In this document: positions 20,700 through 29,113 of the stretch, in pieces
How positions within the stretch are numbered: the stretch's first letter is position 1
Layout: each line of letters opens with the position of its first letter
NCBI GenBank assembly: GCA_021772535.1
Contig: JAJFLV010000025.1
Location: 5,400-69,399 of the forward strand
DNA length: 64,000 bases
Direction of reading: 5' to 3'
DNA from: Opitutales bacterium
GTDB lineage: Bacteria; Verrucomicrobiota; Verrucomicrobiia; Opitutales; UBA2987
Made by a program: the position numbers and the translations under genes
Notes under the pieces: model-generated
The model's database searches: none
What the model was told of the DNA's origin: nothing
Seen by the model: only the letters and a program-made list of their open reading frames with translations

Positions 20700-20959
20700 C
20701 CTAAATATTCCCCTGTCTTTTTCTTTACTTTGAAAAAACCTAAGTAATTCTTTATCTCTTCATGCTTCAACATCTTAAGAGCGAGATCTGCCAGGTCTAT
20801 TGTATTAAGAACCTGAGAAGTTAGTACTAGATCACCAACCGCCACCTGCTCATGGCCATTTAATGGCTGGCTATTAATAATAACAGGAGCTACTTGCTTT
20901 TTCTTGTTTGTTTTTTTTATTTCTTCCATTTGTTTTTTATTTCCCTTTGACTTAACCAT
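20696..20959 (-). CDS. Hypothetical protein
   Basis: Tightly packed in the operon with an ATGA overlap. Confidence 0.6.
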   Translation of the reverse strand: MVKSKGNKKQMEEIKKTNKKKQVAPVIINSQPLNGHEQVAVGDLVLTSQVLNTIDLADLALKMLKHEEIKNYLGFFKVKKKTGEYLG

Positions 20960-20965
20960 ATATAA

Positions 20966-21832
20966 TTATATAATTGTGCTATGATTAGTGTATGAACCCC
21001 CTTTATCCTTGAATTTCCGTAGTATATTGAATATTTGCGTGTTGCCCACGCTGATTTTATACTCTTTAAACAAATCTACCAATCTTTTTCTACTAACTTT
21101 AAGCTCTTTAGTCATAATATAGATCATTTTGTTTCTATCTTCATACTTACTAGCTGGATTGCTATCAAAATCTGCTTCCATTAGGGCCTTTTCTTTCAAT
21201 TCTTTGTATTTCTTTTCTATTTTTTCATCACCCAGAGCAAATTTCCCGTAGAATCTTCCTCTGTTTCGTGTGTGAACGGAACGATATTCATAAGTCTTAG
21301 AACCCAATAAGTATAATCTTTTCTTCTTAGATCTATTATAAACCATATAATAACCTCTTCTAGATTTGTTTTCATATACATTGATCAATACCTTAGCTCT
21401 AAAAACTGCAACATACTTGTCTAACAAGAAGAAAGTCGGCAATACTACAATCACAAATAAGTTTTTTTGTCTCATTTGCATCATTAATGATATTAACATT
21501 CTATTTATGCCTGAAAGAGAAGCTCTACTTGATAAACCAGTAAATGCTTCATCATAAATTACTACTTGACCTTTCTTAGCATTCATTATTTGTTTCTTGA
21601 ATTGTTCTGCAGAAAAACAAATTCTCTCAAGATCGAGTGTAGAATCTATAAATCTTCCAATTTGTAAAGCTAAAGTAGATTTTCCAGCACCCTCATTACC
21701 ATCAATACATAAAACAAAGTCCCTATCTTCCTTTTGTAAGTTTTCTTTAATATTACTTAATTCTTTATGTATTCTATCCTGCATAAAATATTCTACTTGT
21801 CTATCTGCTGGTTCATTAATTTTTAATATCAT
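20966..21832 (-). CDS. P-loop ATPase of the archaeal-virus/Zot-like type
   Basis: Walker A GNEGAGKS, Walker B VIYDEA, MRQKNLFVIVVLP..FLLDKY. Confidence 0.8.
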   Translation of the reverse strand: MILKINEPADRQVEYFMQDRIHKELSNIKENLQKEDRDFVLCIDGNEGAGKSTLALQIGRFIDSTLDLERICFSAEQFKKQIMNAKKGQVVIYDEAFTGLSSRASLSGINRMLISLMMQMRQKNLFVIVVLPTFFLLDKYVAVFRAKVLINVYENKSRRGYYMVYNRSKKKRLYLLGSKTYEYRSVHTRNRGRFYGKFALGDEKIEKKYKELKEKALMEADFDSNPASKYEDRNKMIYIMTKELKVSRKRLVDLFKEYKISVGNTQIFNILRKFKDKGGSYTNHSTII

Positions 21833-23418
21833 TTTGAACCCCCAAAGAAATCATAGCCACATTTCTTACAATACCAATTAATTCCATCTTGAGTAAATGG
21901 AGCAAATTCATCACCACATTTAACACACACAGGGTTTATTTCCTGTGGTTTAATCTTTTCCACATCATTTCTATCCTGTGTGTGTCTTAGTTTTTCATTA
22001 TTTTTAGACAATTTAACAAAATCATTAGCAGAAAACCCATCATACACACCCTTGTTTTCTTGAGGAAAAGTCTTTTCCTCATCATTTGTACCCTGTGTGT
22101 GATGTAATAATTCAGAAAATTCAGGTTTTATCTCAACATAATACATAGGTCTTCCACTACCAATTTCTAAATTTTTAAGAGAAACAACACCTAAGATTTC
22201 AAAGATTTTCATAGTTCTTCTTGCAGTTTCAGAAGAACAACTTAATTCAGACTGTATGTTTTCTGTTGTTAGTTTTCCTTCATGCTTTAGAAGTAATTTC
22301 AGAAACTCAAATCTATCATGAGGCATTGATGAAAATGTAACTGCTCTAACTATTTCTAAATCTTCAGATTTCAAAAAAGTTCTTCCATTAATTAAAGCAT
22401 TTCCTTTTGCAAGATTATAAAGAGAATTTATTGCTCTTGGTGGTTCTTCAATTATCGGAAAGTTATGCTGATAATCTTCTCCTTCTCCTTTCCAAATCAT
22501 TAAAGTACCTCTAAGTTTTGCTAGAAGTTGAGCATACTTGACAATTTCTTGTAAGATAAAAATATCTTGTTCAGCATTCCATTCTAAAGAACGAACTGGA
22601 TATTTCTTAAAATGATTATCAAGAAAGTTTCTTACAGCACCCCTACATATTTTTATTTTTTCTTCATAAGCATTTGAACGGAACATTTCAACATAATCCG
22701 CATTTTCTCTATTTTTTTCAGACATATTCAAAAAGAAAAGTCTATTACCAATCTTTCCCATGATGTTCCAAACATTAGCTCTTAGAGGAGTAGTTGCACC
22801 AATCCATCCAAACTTATAGTCTCCAGAATAACCTCTATGTCCATGAACTCCACTATCACGATTCAGGCCTTCGCCATCTAAAACTCTTGTTAAGATTGAA
22901 AAGTTATCAAGTAGTTTATCTTTTGGAGCTTCAAATAAAGGAGCAAGTTCTGGAGAAAGTAAGACCTTATTCCTCAATTTTGGTAATAAATCAACTTGTC
23001 CTAGATCATCAGCTTTTACATTTGCAGAATGAGATACAAAAGACTTAGGAGTAAAATCATCTGAAACATAACTTAAAGGGTGATTGTAGAAGAAAGATAA
23101 CACTGTTGTTTTCTCTCCGCTTGGAGCACCAACAAGATTAAGACTAGGACAACCATTTAAGTTCTTTAATGAAAGAGATGCGTATAGAGATAAACATGCT
23201 TTTGTTTCAAACCAGACTGAAGAAAAATTATCTTTAACATATTTCTCTAAACTTTGAATTTCCTTAATATCTTTTTTAGGAATATAATAACTAAATTCAA
23301 ATTTTGGACTTTCTATCTTTTTTAATGGTTCAGTCTTCAAGGCACCCATTGACTTAAGCTGTTTACGGGTTCTTTCTTTCATAAATGATGTTGCTTCTTC
23401 TTGAGTTATTTCTTTCAT
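21829..23418 (-). CDS. MCM-like AAA+ replication protein with C-terminal wHTH and Zn ribbon
   Basis: GAPSGEKTT, FTPKSFVSH, DLLPKL, LTRVLDG, WIGATTP; CVKC/CKKC tail. Confidence 0.7.
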   Translation of the reverse strand: MKEITQEEATSFMKERTRKQLKSMGALKTEPLKKIESPKFEFSYYIPKKDIKEIQSLEKYVKDNFSSVWFETKACLSLYASLSLKNLNGCPSLNLVGAPSGEKTTVLSFFYNHPLSYVSDDFTPKSFVSHSANVKADDLGQVDLLPKLRNKVLLSPELAPLFEAPKDKLLDNFSILTRVLDGEGLNRDSGVHGHRGYSGDYKFGWIGATTPLRANVWNIMGKIGNRLFFLNMSEKNRENADYVEMFRSNAYEEKIKICRGAVRNFLDNHFKKYPVRSLEWNAEQDIFILQEIVKYAQLLAKLRGTLMIWKGEGEDYQHNFPIIEEPPRAINSLYNLAKGNALINGRTFLKSEDLEIVRAVTFSSMPHDRFEFLKLLLKHEGKLTTENIQSELSCSSETARRTMKIFEILGVVSLKNLEIGSGRPMYYVEIKPEFSELLHHTQGTNDEEKTFPQENKGVYDGFSANDFVKLSKNNEKLRHTQDRNDVEKIKPQEINPVCVKCGDEFAPFTQDGINWYCKKCGYDFFGGSK

Positions 23419-23786
23419 TCTAAATCCTCCTTAACTGGCTTCGCATAAAGTATGGCCTCTTCTTCTGGTGTAAGTTCTGTTTGTTCAATTTCTTTGATTT
23501 TTTTAGTAGAAACCAGCTGAACAGGTTGACCATTTTCACTCCAGGATTTTGTAACAATAATAAAATCTCCACCCGTTGCCCATTTACAAATCTGTTTAAT
23601 CGTACCATAAGCTAGGTTTGATAACTTAGCAAGTTGGTATTTAGAAATAGGTTGTTTTGCTCTAATTAAGTTTAGAACAAGATTATTCCTTTCAACTACG
23701 CCATTATAATCCTTTTCTTGTAACTTTTTAACTAGGGTTTTAACGTCATGTTCGCTAAAAAAGGTATTAGGAGTCATACTGGGCAA
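23415..23786 (-). CDS. Winged-helix DNA-binding protein
   Basis: PISKYQLAKLSNLAYGTIKQI HTH; ATG start possibly at 23777. Confidence 0.7.
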   Translation of the reverse strand: MPSMTPNTFFSEHDVKTLVKKLQEKDYNGVVERNNLVLNLIRAKQPISKYQLAKLSNLAYGTIKQICKWATGGDFIIVTKSWSENGQPVQLVSTKKIKEIEQTELTPEEEAILYAKPVKEDLE

Positions 23787-23928
23787 AACCTCCCTTGAGA
23801 AATAGAATTATAGCTCTTTCGTAAAAAGCGACATATTTTTAAAGTTCTGTGATTTGTTCCCATTGTAAATTAAGAAGGGGTGATTGTCCTGTGAAATTTC
23901 AATCACCTCTTTGCTATGAAATTGAAGA

Positions 23929-24150
23929 TTATTTCTTGAGCTTCTTTATTCTCCCATCCATTGTATTTTTTGATTCGATGTTATCATGTTCCTCTAGCCA
24001 GATTACTAATAGGTTTTCAATCAGAGGTGAAACTTTTCCACCGAAGTAATTAATTTTATATCTAACTTTATCTATAATACTTCTACGAATTGAGATTGTA
24101 ACATTTACTTTTTTTTCCTCATTAGTCTTTTCTTTAACTTGCTTAGACAT
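23929..24150 (-). CDS. RHH/CopG-like regulator
   Basis: KVNVTISIRRSIID...VSPLIENLL; CAAAGCTTATAAG box upstream. Confidence 0.65.
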   Translation of the reverse strand: MSKQVKEKTNEEKKVNVTISIRRSIIDKVRYKINYFGGKVSPLIENLLVIWLEEHDNIESKNTMDGRIKKLKK

Positions 24151-24384
24151 ACATGATTCTATGTAAGATTACTTATAAGCTTTGTGGGTACAAAGATTTT
24201 TATCGACGATAAGAACTCTAAAATACCTCAATGTCATTTTAGAATAGTTCGGTTAAATAGACATAAATTTAAAATCTTCTTACATTAGTCTTTAACATGA
24301 ATTGGGGTTATATGGCTCTTCTTGCGCTGGCAATTGTAATATCAATTATTTCGATAGTTGTTATAAATTTATTTATCTAATTTA

Positions 24385-25533
24385 TTACTTGGTCCTAACA
24401 TACATTTTTTTATTCTTCTCAAAAACTTTAACTGTTGGAAACTTTTTCTTAAAACGTTTCTCCATTGCTATTGTTTTATCATTGATTCTTTCTTCAAACT
24501 TATCCATAAGATCTTTCATATCTCTTATTTTAGACTTTAAGTTTCCCACCTCAAGTTCTAATTTATGTTTTGTCTTTGGGTTGATCTCTTTAATCTTATA
24601 TACATTCTCCAATAAACTCTTAGCAACATCTTCTGAATTTATATGAGAGTAAATTGCAGTCATTCTACTATCTTTACTGTGTCCTGCAAATTTCTTATGT
24701 ATTTGCTCAGGCAATATTTTATACAACTCATTTAATCTACTATGTCGTAAAAGGTAAGGATATATTGGTCTGCTTAGTTTTGATTTCTTTGACAACCTTC
24801 TTAGAACCATAGACAAATAACTTTTATCTATGGATTTCTTTCTATCTCGAATTGTAGGAAATACATAATCGCTATTTCTTATGTTCTTAAAGGCCCATTC
24901 TTGTTTCCATCTTTTTAAGTGTACAACACTATCTTTAACCAAGATAGTTCTCGCGCTATCTTTCTTCTTAGAATATAAATGTACCTTGCATAATCCATCA
25001 TCAGTAAATTTCAAATCTTCCCACTTTAATTCCCTTATTTCTTGTGGTCTTGCTCCACTTTCATATAACAACGTAATAAGGGCTTTATCTCTTAACCTTT
25101 CTGCTGTTCTGAGCAAAAGCTCAAGTTCTTCTTCTGTTACTAAATTATTTTCATTAACCTTCTTTTCATTTAATCCATTTTGATTTTTTACATCAATAAA
25201 TTCATCAAACCTTATACTCCAATCTCTAAAGTTCCACCTCAAGAATTTCTTTATATGAATTTTAATTCCGTTCTTTGTCCATTTCTCTCTATCTGAATTA
25301 TTTAATAAACTTAGGTAATTTCTTAAATCTTCTAAATTTATGTCATCAAAATTCTTTTTGACAAGAAGCCTAAATTGTACAACATTTCTTCTTATATCTT
25401 CTAATTTCTTTTCTTTTGCATTTATAGAACAATAATCTATGAACTTATCCAATTTATTTTTTTCTAGAATATCAAGGTTTCTATATGCTTTTTTCAACTC
25501 CCCCCTTCCGTACTTAGGATAAACTCCTTTCAT
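24385..25533 (-). CDS. Tyrosine integrase IntA (archaeal-type, C-terminal coiled coil)
   Basis: SGARPQE, SKK, YLLRHSR, AGH, IYSH; adjacent to site C. Confidence 0.9.
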   Translation of the reverse strand: MKGVYPKYGRGELKKAYRNLDILEKNKLDKFIDYCSINAKEKKLEDIRRNVVQFRLLVKKNFDDINLEDLRNYLSLLNNSDREKWTKNGIKIHIKKFLRWNFRDWSIRFDEFIDVKNQNGLNEKKVNENNLVTEEELELLLRTAERLRDKALITLLYESGARPQEIRELKWEDLKFTDDGLCKVHLYSKKKDSARTILVKDSVVHLKRWKQEWAFKNIRNSDYVFPTIRDRKKSIDKSYLSMVLRRLSKKSKLSRPIYPYLLRHSRLNELYKILPEQIHKKFAGHSKDSRMTAIYSHINSEDVAKSLLENVYKIKEINPKTKHKLELEVGNLKSKIRDMKDLMDKFEERINDKTIAMEKRFKKKFPTVKVFEKNKKMYVRTK

Positions 25534-25559
25534 AAAAGAGAATAATAAAGGAAGTTTAT

Positions 25560-25630
25560 AAACCCTCGTTTGTTAACACTTACTTACCCCCTCTTCAAGG
25601 GTTTGACTTTTTGTAAGCGTTTACGGGTTT
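25560..25630 (+). repeat. Putative recombination site C (full dyad) between divergent integrases
   Basis: AAACCCTCGTTTGTTAACACTTACT-5nt-CCTCTTCAAGGGTTTG...TTGTAAGCGTTTACGGGTTT; same arm spacing as site B. Confidence 0.8.
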
Positions 25631-25681
25631 TGTGAAGGAAATGTGTATTAACTTTAAAAAACTCGTTTCGACTTAACAAAG

Positions 25682-26866
25682 ATGAAAGATCACTATCCCG
25701 AATATCGAAAAGAGAATATTACCACTGAGTATATTTATTCACATTTAGTTAAGGCTGAACAAGAAATAGTGGACAAATTTTTGACTTATTGTTCAATTAC
25801 CGCAGGAAAGGGAAAACTTAAAGACATCAAAACCAATATTCTTCAGTTTCGGGATATAGTTGAGAAACATTTTGAAAAAAATACGTTAAATGATGTCAGA
25901 GCCTATCTCGCAATTCTTAACCAATCGGGGCGAGCGAAATGGACAAAGAACGGAATTAAAATCCATGTGAAGAAATTTCTGAAATGGAAATTCAAAGATT
26001 GGTATGAAAGATTTAACGAACTAGCAGATATAAAGCTATCCAAAAATCCCAGAAACGAAGAGCGGATAAATGACAGCACTCTCGTAACAAAAGAGGAGTT
26101 ATCGAAACTGCTTCGCATAGAGGATACAATAAGGGGCAAGGCCCTCTTGTTCACATTATATGAAACAGCGGCTAGACCGCAAGAAGTCAGGCTCTTACGG
26201 TGGTCGGGAGTCGAATACCTGGAAGATAAAATTACAAAAATTTCTCTATATTCAAGGAAAACGGGGCATTCGAGAGCGGTCTTCGTTAAGGACGCAACCA
26301 TTCATCTTAAGAGATGGGAGCAAGAATATATCAATTCTGAAAGAAAATTAACAGACTATGTATTTCCGTCCAAGAAGGCTTCCCATGAACCAATGGGAAA
26401 GAGTGCTTTAGAGGTTTGGTTGCGGAGATTATCGCACAAAGCAAAGCTAGGCAGAACCATATATCCTTATTTGCTTCGCCACACCCGGTTAACTGAAATT
26501 TGGGATAAACTTGGTGATGTCATCGTCCACAGGAAATTTGCCGGACATAGCCAGGACAGCTCAATGACTTCACTTTACGTCCATCTCAGCGACAAGAATG
26601 TAAAAGATTCTATTTTAAGGAAAGTTTATCAAGTTGATGAATCACATCCAAGCAAAACACAGGAATTGGAAAACGAAAACAAGCATTTGCGGGCGGAAGT
26701 TAAGAACATGCGGTCAATCAAGGAAGAGTGGCATTTACTAAAACGGCACTTCCCAATGATCCAAGAGGTTTTTGCAAAAGCAAAATCTGTTGAACAGCTA
26801 GAGGCCGCTTATCGGAATAAAAGTGAAGAGGAGTTGGTTTTGCAAAATACAAGGGCTGCTCAGTAA
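25682..26866 (+). CDS. Tyrosine integrase IntB, paralogue of IntA
   Basis: Shares KWTKNGIKIH.KKFL.W, RPQE, YPYLLRH.RL and KFAGHS with IntA; visibly higher GC. Confidence 0.9.
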   Translation: MKDHYPEYRKENITTEYIYSHLVKAEQEIVDKFLTYCSITAGKGKLKDIKTNILQFRDIVEKHFEKNTLNDVRAYLAILNQSGRAKWTKNGIKIHVKKFLKWKFKDWYERFNELADIKLSKNPRNEERINDSTLVTKEELSKLLRIEDTIRGKALLFTLYETAARPQEVRLLRWSGVEYLEDKITKISLYSRKTGHSRAVFVKDATIHLKRWEQEYINSERKLTDYVFPSKKASHEPMGKSALEVWLRRLSHKAKLGRTIYPYLLRHTRLTEIWDKLGDVIVHRKFAGHSQDSSMTSLYVHLSDKNVKDSILRKVYQVDESHPSKTQELENENKHLRAEVKNMRSIKEEWHLLKRHFPMIQEVFAKAKSVEQLEAAYRNKSEEELVLQNTRAAQ

Positions 26867-27036
26867 CATCGATATAGTGAAAATTAAAACCGCCCTTCTT
26901 AAAGCAAAAGTGTCCTGAGACTTCAGTTGTTCGTTGTTATTACTCCCGGTATTTTACAAATAGAACTGGGGTATTAAAAATATCCCGCAATTAAATGAAG
27001 TCTCGAATCAGTTATAAAAAAGTTCAATCGTAATTT

Positions 27037-27849
27037 CTAGTTGATCAGAATCACATCAAACCATTGATTTGTTCTAAAATCATAAAACCATCGTGGGTTC
27101 GATGAACCAACAACATACCAAAGCCATGAATTTCCATTTTGGCTAAAGATAAAAGGGTAAACTTCATCGCTCGTCCAAAGCCATCCCATGTTGGTTGTCC
27201 AATACCATATATTGTTTGTTGCCTGGCTTTTAGTATATATCCACTCATGTTCATTATGCCAAATCCAAGGTTCAAAAGATTTGTCATATGTTCCAAACCA
27301 GGAAGAGGTATACCAGTCATTTCCAATGGATATTCCGCCAAATATATCTCCTCCATCGATCTTTCTTTGAAGAGACAAGGTATTCTGATATGTAAAACTG
27401 AAGTTTATGCCTTCAAAACTTCCGGAAAGCTCGCCACTTCCCGAAAATTCGATTTGGTTGTCGCTGATTATGCCAGTTGAAGAATAAATATTTTTTGAAA
27501 TAATCAATCCTTCCTGTGCCTCCACAATTAAGAATACTTCTGAAATTGAAATTAAATTGCCAGATATATTCCCTCTTCGAGACCTCACAGGGATAAAATC
27601 TTCGAGACCTTTCAAAAAGTCAGTATAATCAAATCTCATTTCACAGCCTGATTGAATCACAGTCAAATTCTCAACATTTGCTTCTTCTCGCGGGATATTT
27701 ATTATTTCCTGACCATCTACTATTTTTCCAAAACCAATTCCTACCCCTCTATAGTCTCCGGCTATGTTTGGACAATCTGCGAAAAGACCATTAAGAAAAA
27801 GACAAGAAATAATTGTCGCCAAGGAATAGATACGCACTTGATGTTTCAT
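27037..27849 (-). CDS. Secreted protein with C-terminal Trp-rich (Opitutae-type) domain
   Basis: Signal peptide; WYTSSWFG...PWIWH...GWLWT...YPFIF...WLWY. Confidence 0.7.
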   Translation of the reverse strand: MKHQVRIYSLATIISCLFLNGLFADCPNIAGDYRGVGIGFGKIVDGQEIINIPREEANVENLTVIQSGCEMRFDYTDFLKGLEDFIPVRSRRGNISGNLISISEVFLIVEAQEGLIISKNIYSSTGIISDNQIEFSGSGELSGSFEGINFSFTYQNTLSLQRKIDGGDIFGGISIGNDWYTSSWFGTYDKSFEPWIWHNEHEWIYTKSQATNNIWYWTTNMGWLWTSDEVYPFIFSQNGNSWLWYVVGSSNPRWFYDFRTNQWFDVILIN

Positions 27850-27911
27850 GGAGGTTTCTTTTGGGATAATCCTCGTAATCCTCGTTTACAAAATCAGAGA
27901 AAATCTTGGAA

Positions 27912-28430
27912 TTATGCGCTGCTTACAGAAAACAGCATAAAGCCATCTGAAAGGGGTTTGAATTCGATTTTGAATGACAAAGGCTCTTCTTCCCCTCTCT
28001 CTTTTTCAGGGCCGTCCAGGGATTTATTACTGTCAGATTTTGATTTAATTGGGGCAAGTTTGACCTCTATAGGATTTGGAACGAGGTCATTTGTAGCTCC
28101 GGTGCTTGAATCCACCGCTACACCAATCAGACCGCCAAATAAAATGTTGCCAGCCATTGCCTGTGCTCCACCTTTTACTCTCGTTTGCACCTGGATTTCA
28201 ACGGGTTCATAGCCGGGCTTTTCAATCTTTACCGTAAAGCCTTCTTTTCGAGAAACTTTGAAGGATGCGGGTGTTTTCCCGGAGAGCCCTATAGAGGTTG
28301 TTACGGTAGCTCCTGGAGGGTCGGAATTAACAACCAAGACATCTTTAGAGCCTCGAGTAATTGTGGCACAGCCAGAGAGAAATTGAAAAAGGATTGGTAA
28401 TACAAGGCAGATAACAGTTATTTTTTGCAT
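27912..28430 (-). CDS. PEGA-domain lipoprotein
   Basis: Lipobox LSGC; VNSDPPGATV...GKTP...IEKPGYEP; GNILFGGLIGVAVD..TGA. Confidence 0.8.
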   Translation of the reverse strand: MQKITVICLVLPILFQFLSGCATITRGSKDVLVVNSDPPGATVTTSIGLSGKTPASFKVSRKEGFTVKIEKPGYEPVEIQVQTRVKGGAQAMAGNILFGGLIGVAVDSSTGATNDLVPNPIEVKLAPIKSKSDSNKSLDGPEKERGEEEPLSFKIEFKPLSDGFMLFSVSSA

Positions 28431-28499
28431 GATTCAGAATATTAAGTTGTTGATATAGAATCGGTTAAGTCACGAATTAATGGACCAATGCAATAAAAA

Positions 28500-28548
28500 G
28501 AATACATTTGTGTTCATTATGTCAATAAAATATGAATACATATGTCTG
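28500..28548. promoter_or_regulatory. Two operator-like dyads upstream of the XRE gene
   Basis: GAATACATTTGTGTTC and GAATACATATGTCTG, 34 bp apart, between divergent genes. Confidence 0.45.
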
Positions 28549-28583
28549 TGTAAAATCCTAAGCACTTTCCTATACAATTTTGC

Positions 28584-28829
28584 TTGTTGAACCTAGAACA
28601 AGCATTTGGAGAGATTTTAAAGAAAGCCCGAAAGGAGCGGGGAATCACTCAGGAAGAACTTGCTCACCGCTCAGGCTTTCATCGCACAGCTATATCCATG
28701 CTGGAGAGAGGGTTGCGAAAACCTACACTCCACACGGTATTTGCCCTTGCGAAAGTCCTTGATTATCCCCCTGAAATTCTTATCGCCGAGGTCAAAAGGC
28801 TAAATCCGGATATAGAGTTGCCAAAATGA
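28584..28829 (+). CDS. XRE-family HTH regulator (C-protein-like)
   Basis: RKERGITQEELAHRSGFHRTAISMLERG..PTL. Confidence 0.9.
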   Translation: MLNLEQAFGEILKKARKERGITQEELAHRSGFHRTAISMLERGLRKPTLHTVFALAKVLDYPPEILIAEVKRLNPDIELPK

Positions 28830-28985
28830 CAGATGCCCGAAATTGGGCGACTGAACTCAAAGTTTAAGACATCACCATTTAGGAAAATAGCAAAGGTGTA
28901 AGTCCAAAGAATTCTGTCATAACAAATTGAAAGCGTTCAAGTCATCCACCTGATTCGGCAATTTGGTGTTTTGCTTATTTGGATG

Positions 28986-29021
28986 CCCTCGCTTTGCCTC
29001 GTGCCCGGCGAGGGTTTTTTT
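28986..29021 (+). terminator. Possible intrinsic terminator
   Basis: CCCTCGC...GCGAGGG followed by T7. Confidence 0.5.
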
Positions 29022-29113
29022 ATATCGGCCTTGAAGGAATTTGAGATTTCAAATTCGATGAACAATAATATCTTTGGCTAGACTCCTTATCTATTGCTCG
29101 TCAATTTAAGTCC

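Larger units (their letters stand above)
13585..25605. mobile_element. 12.0-kb archaeal (DPANN-like) provirus or integrative element bounded by sites B and C
   Basis: Direct-repeat cores; terminal integrase; MCM-like AAA+, viral-type ATPase, RHH/wHTH regulators, membrane proteins; archaeal-type promoters. Confidence 0.65.

Noticed and set aside
11213-25630. Repeated sites as a CRISPR array or classical integron attC sites
   Set aside because: Only three copies, kilobases apart; no cas genes; no GTTRRRY/RYYYAAC ends and no IntI-type integrase evident
26866-27004. GAGACTTCA/TGAAGTCTC inverted repeat and CATCGAT..ATAGTGAA similarity with ~33951
   Set aside because: Too short to distinguish from chance without statistics
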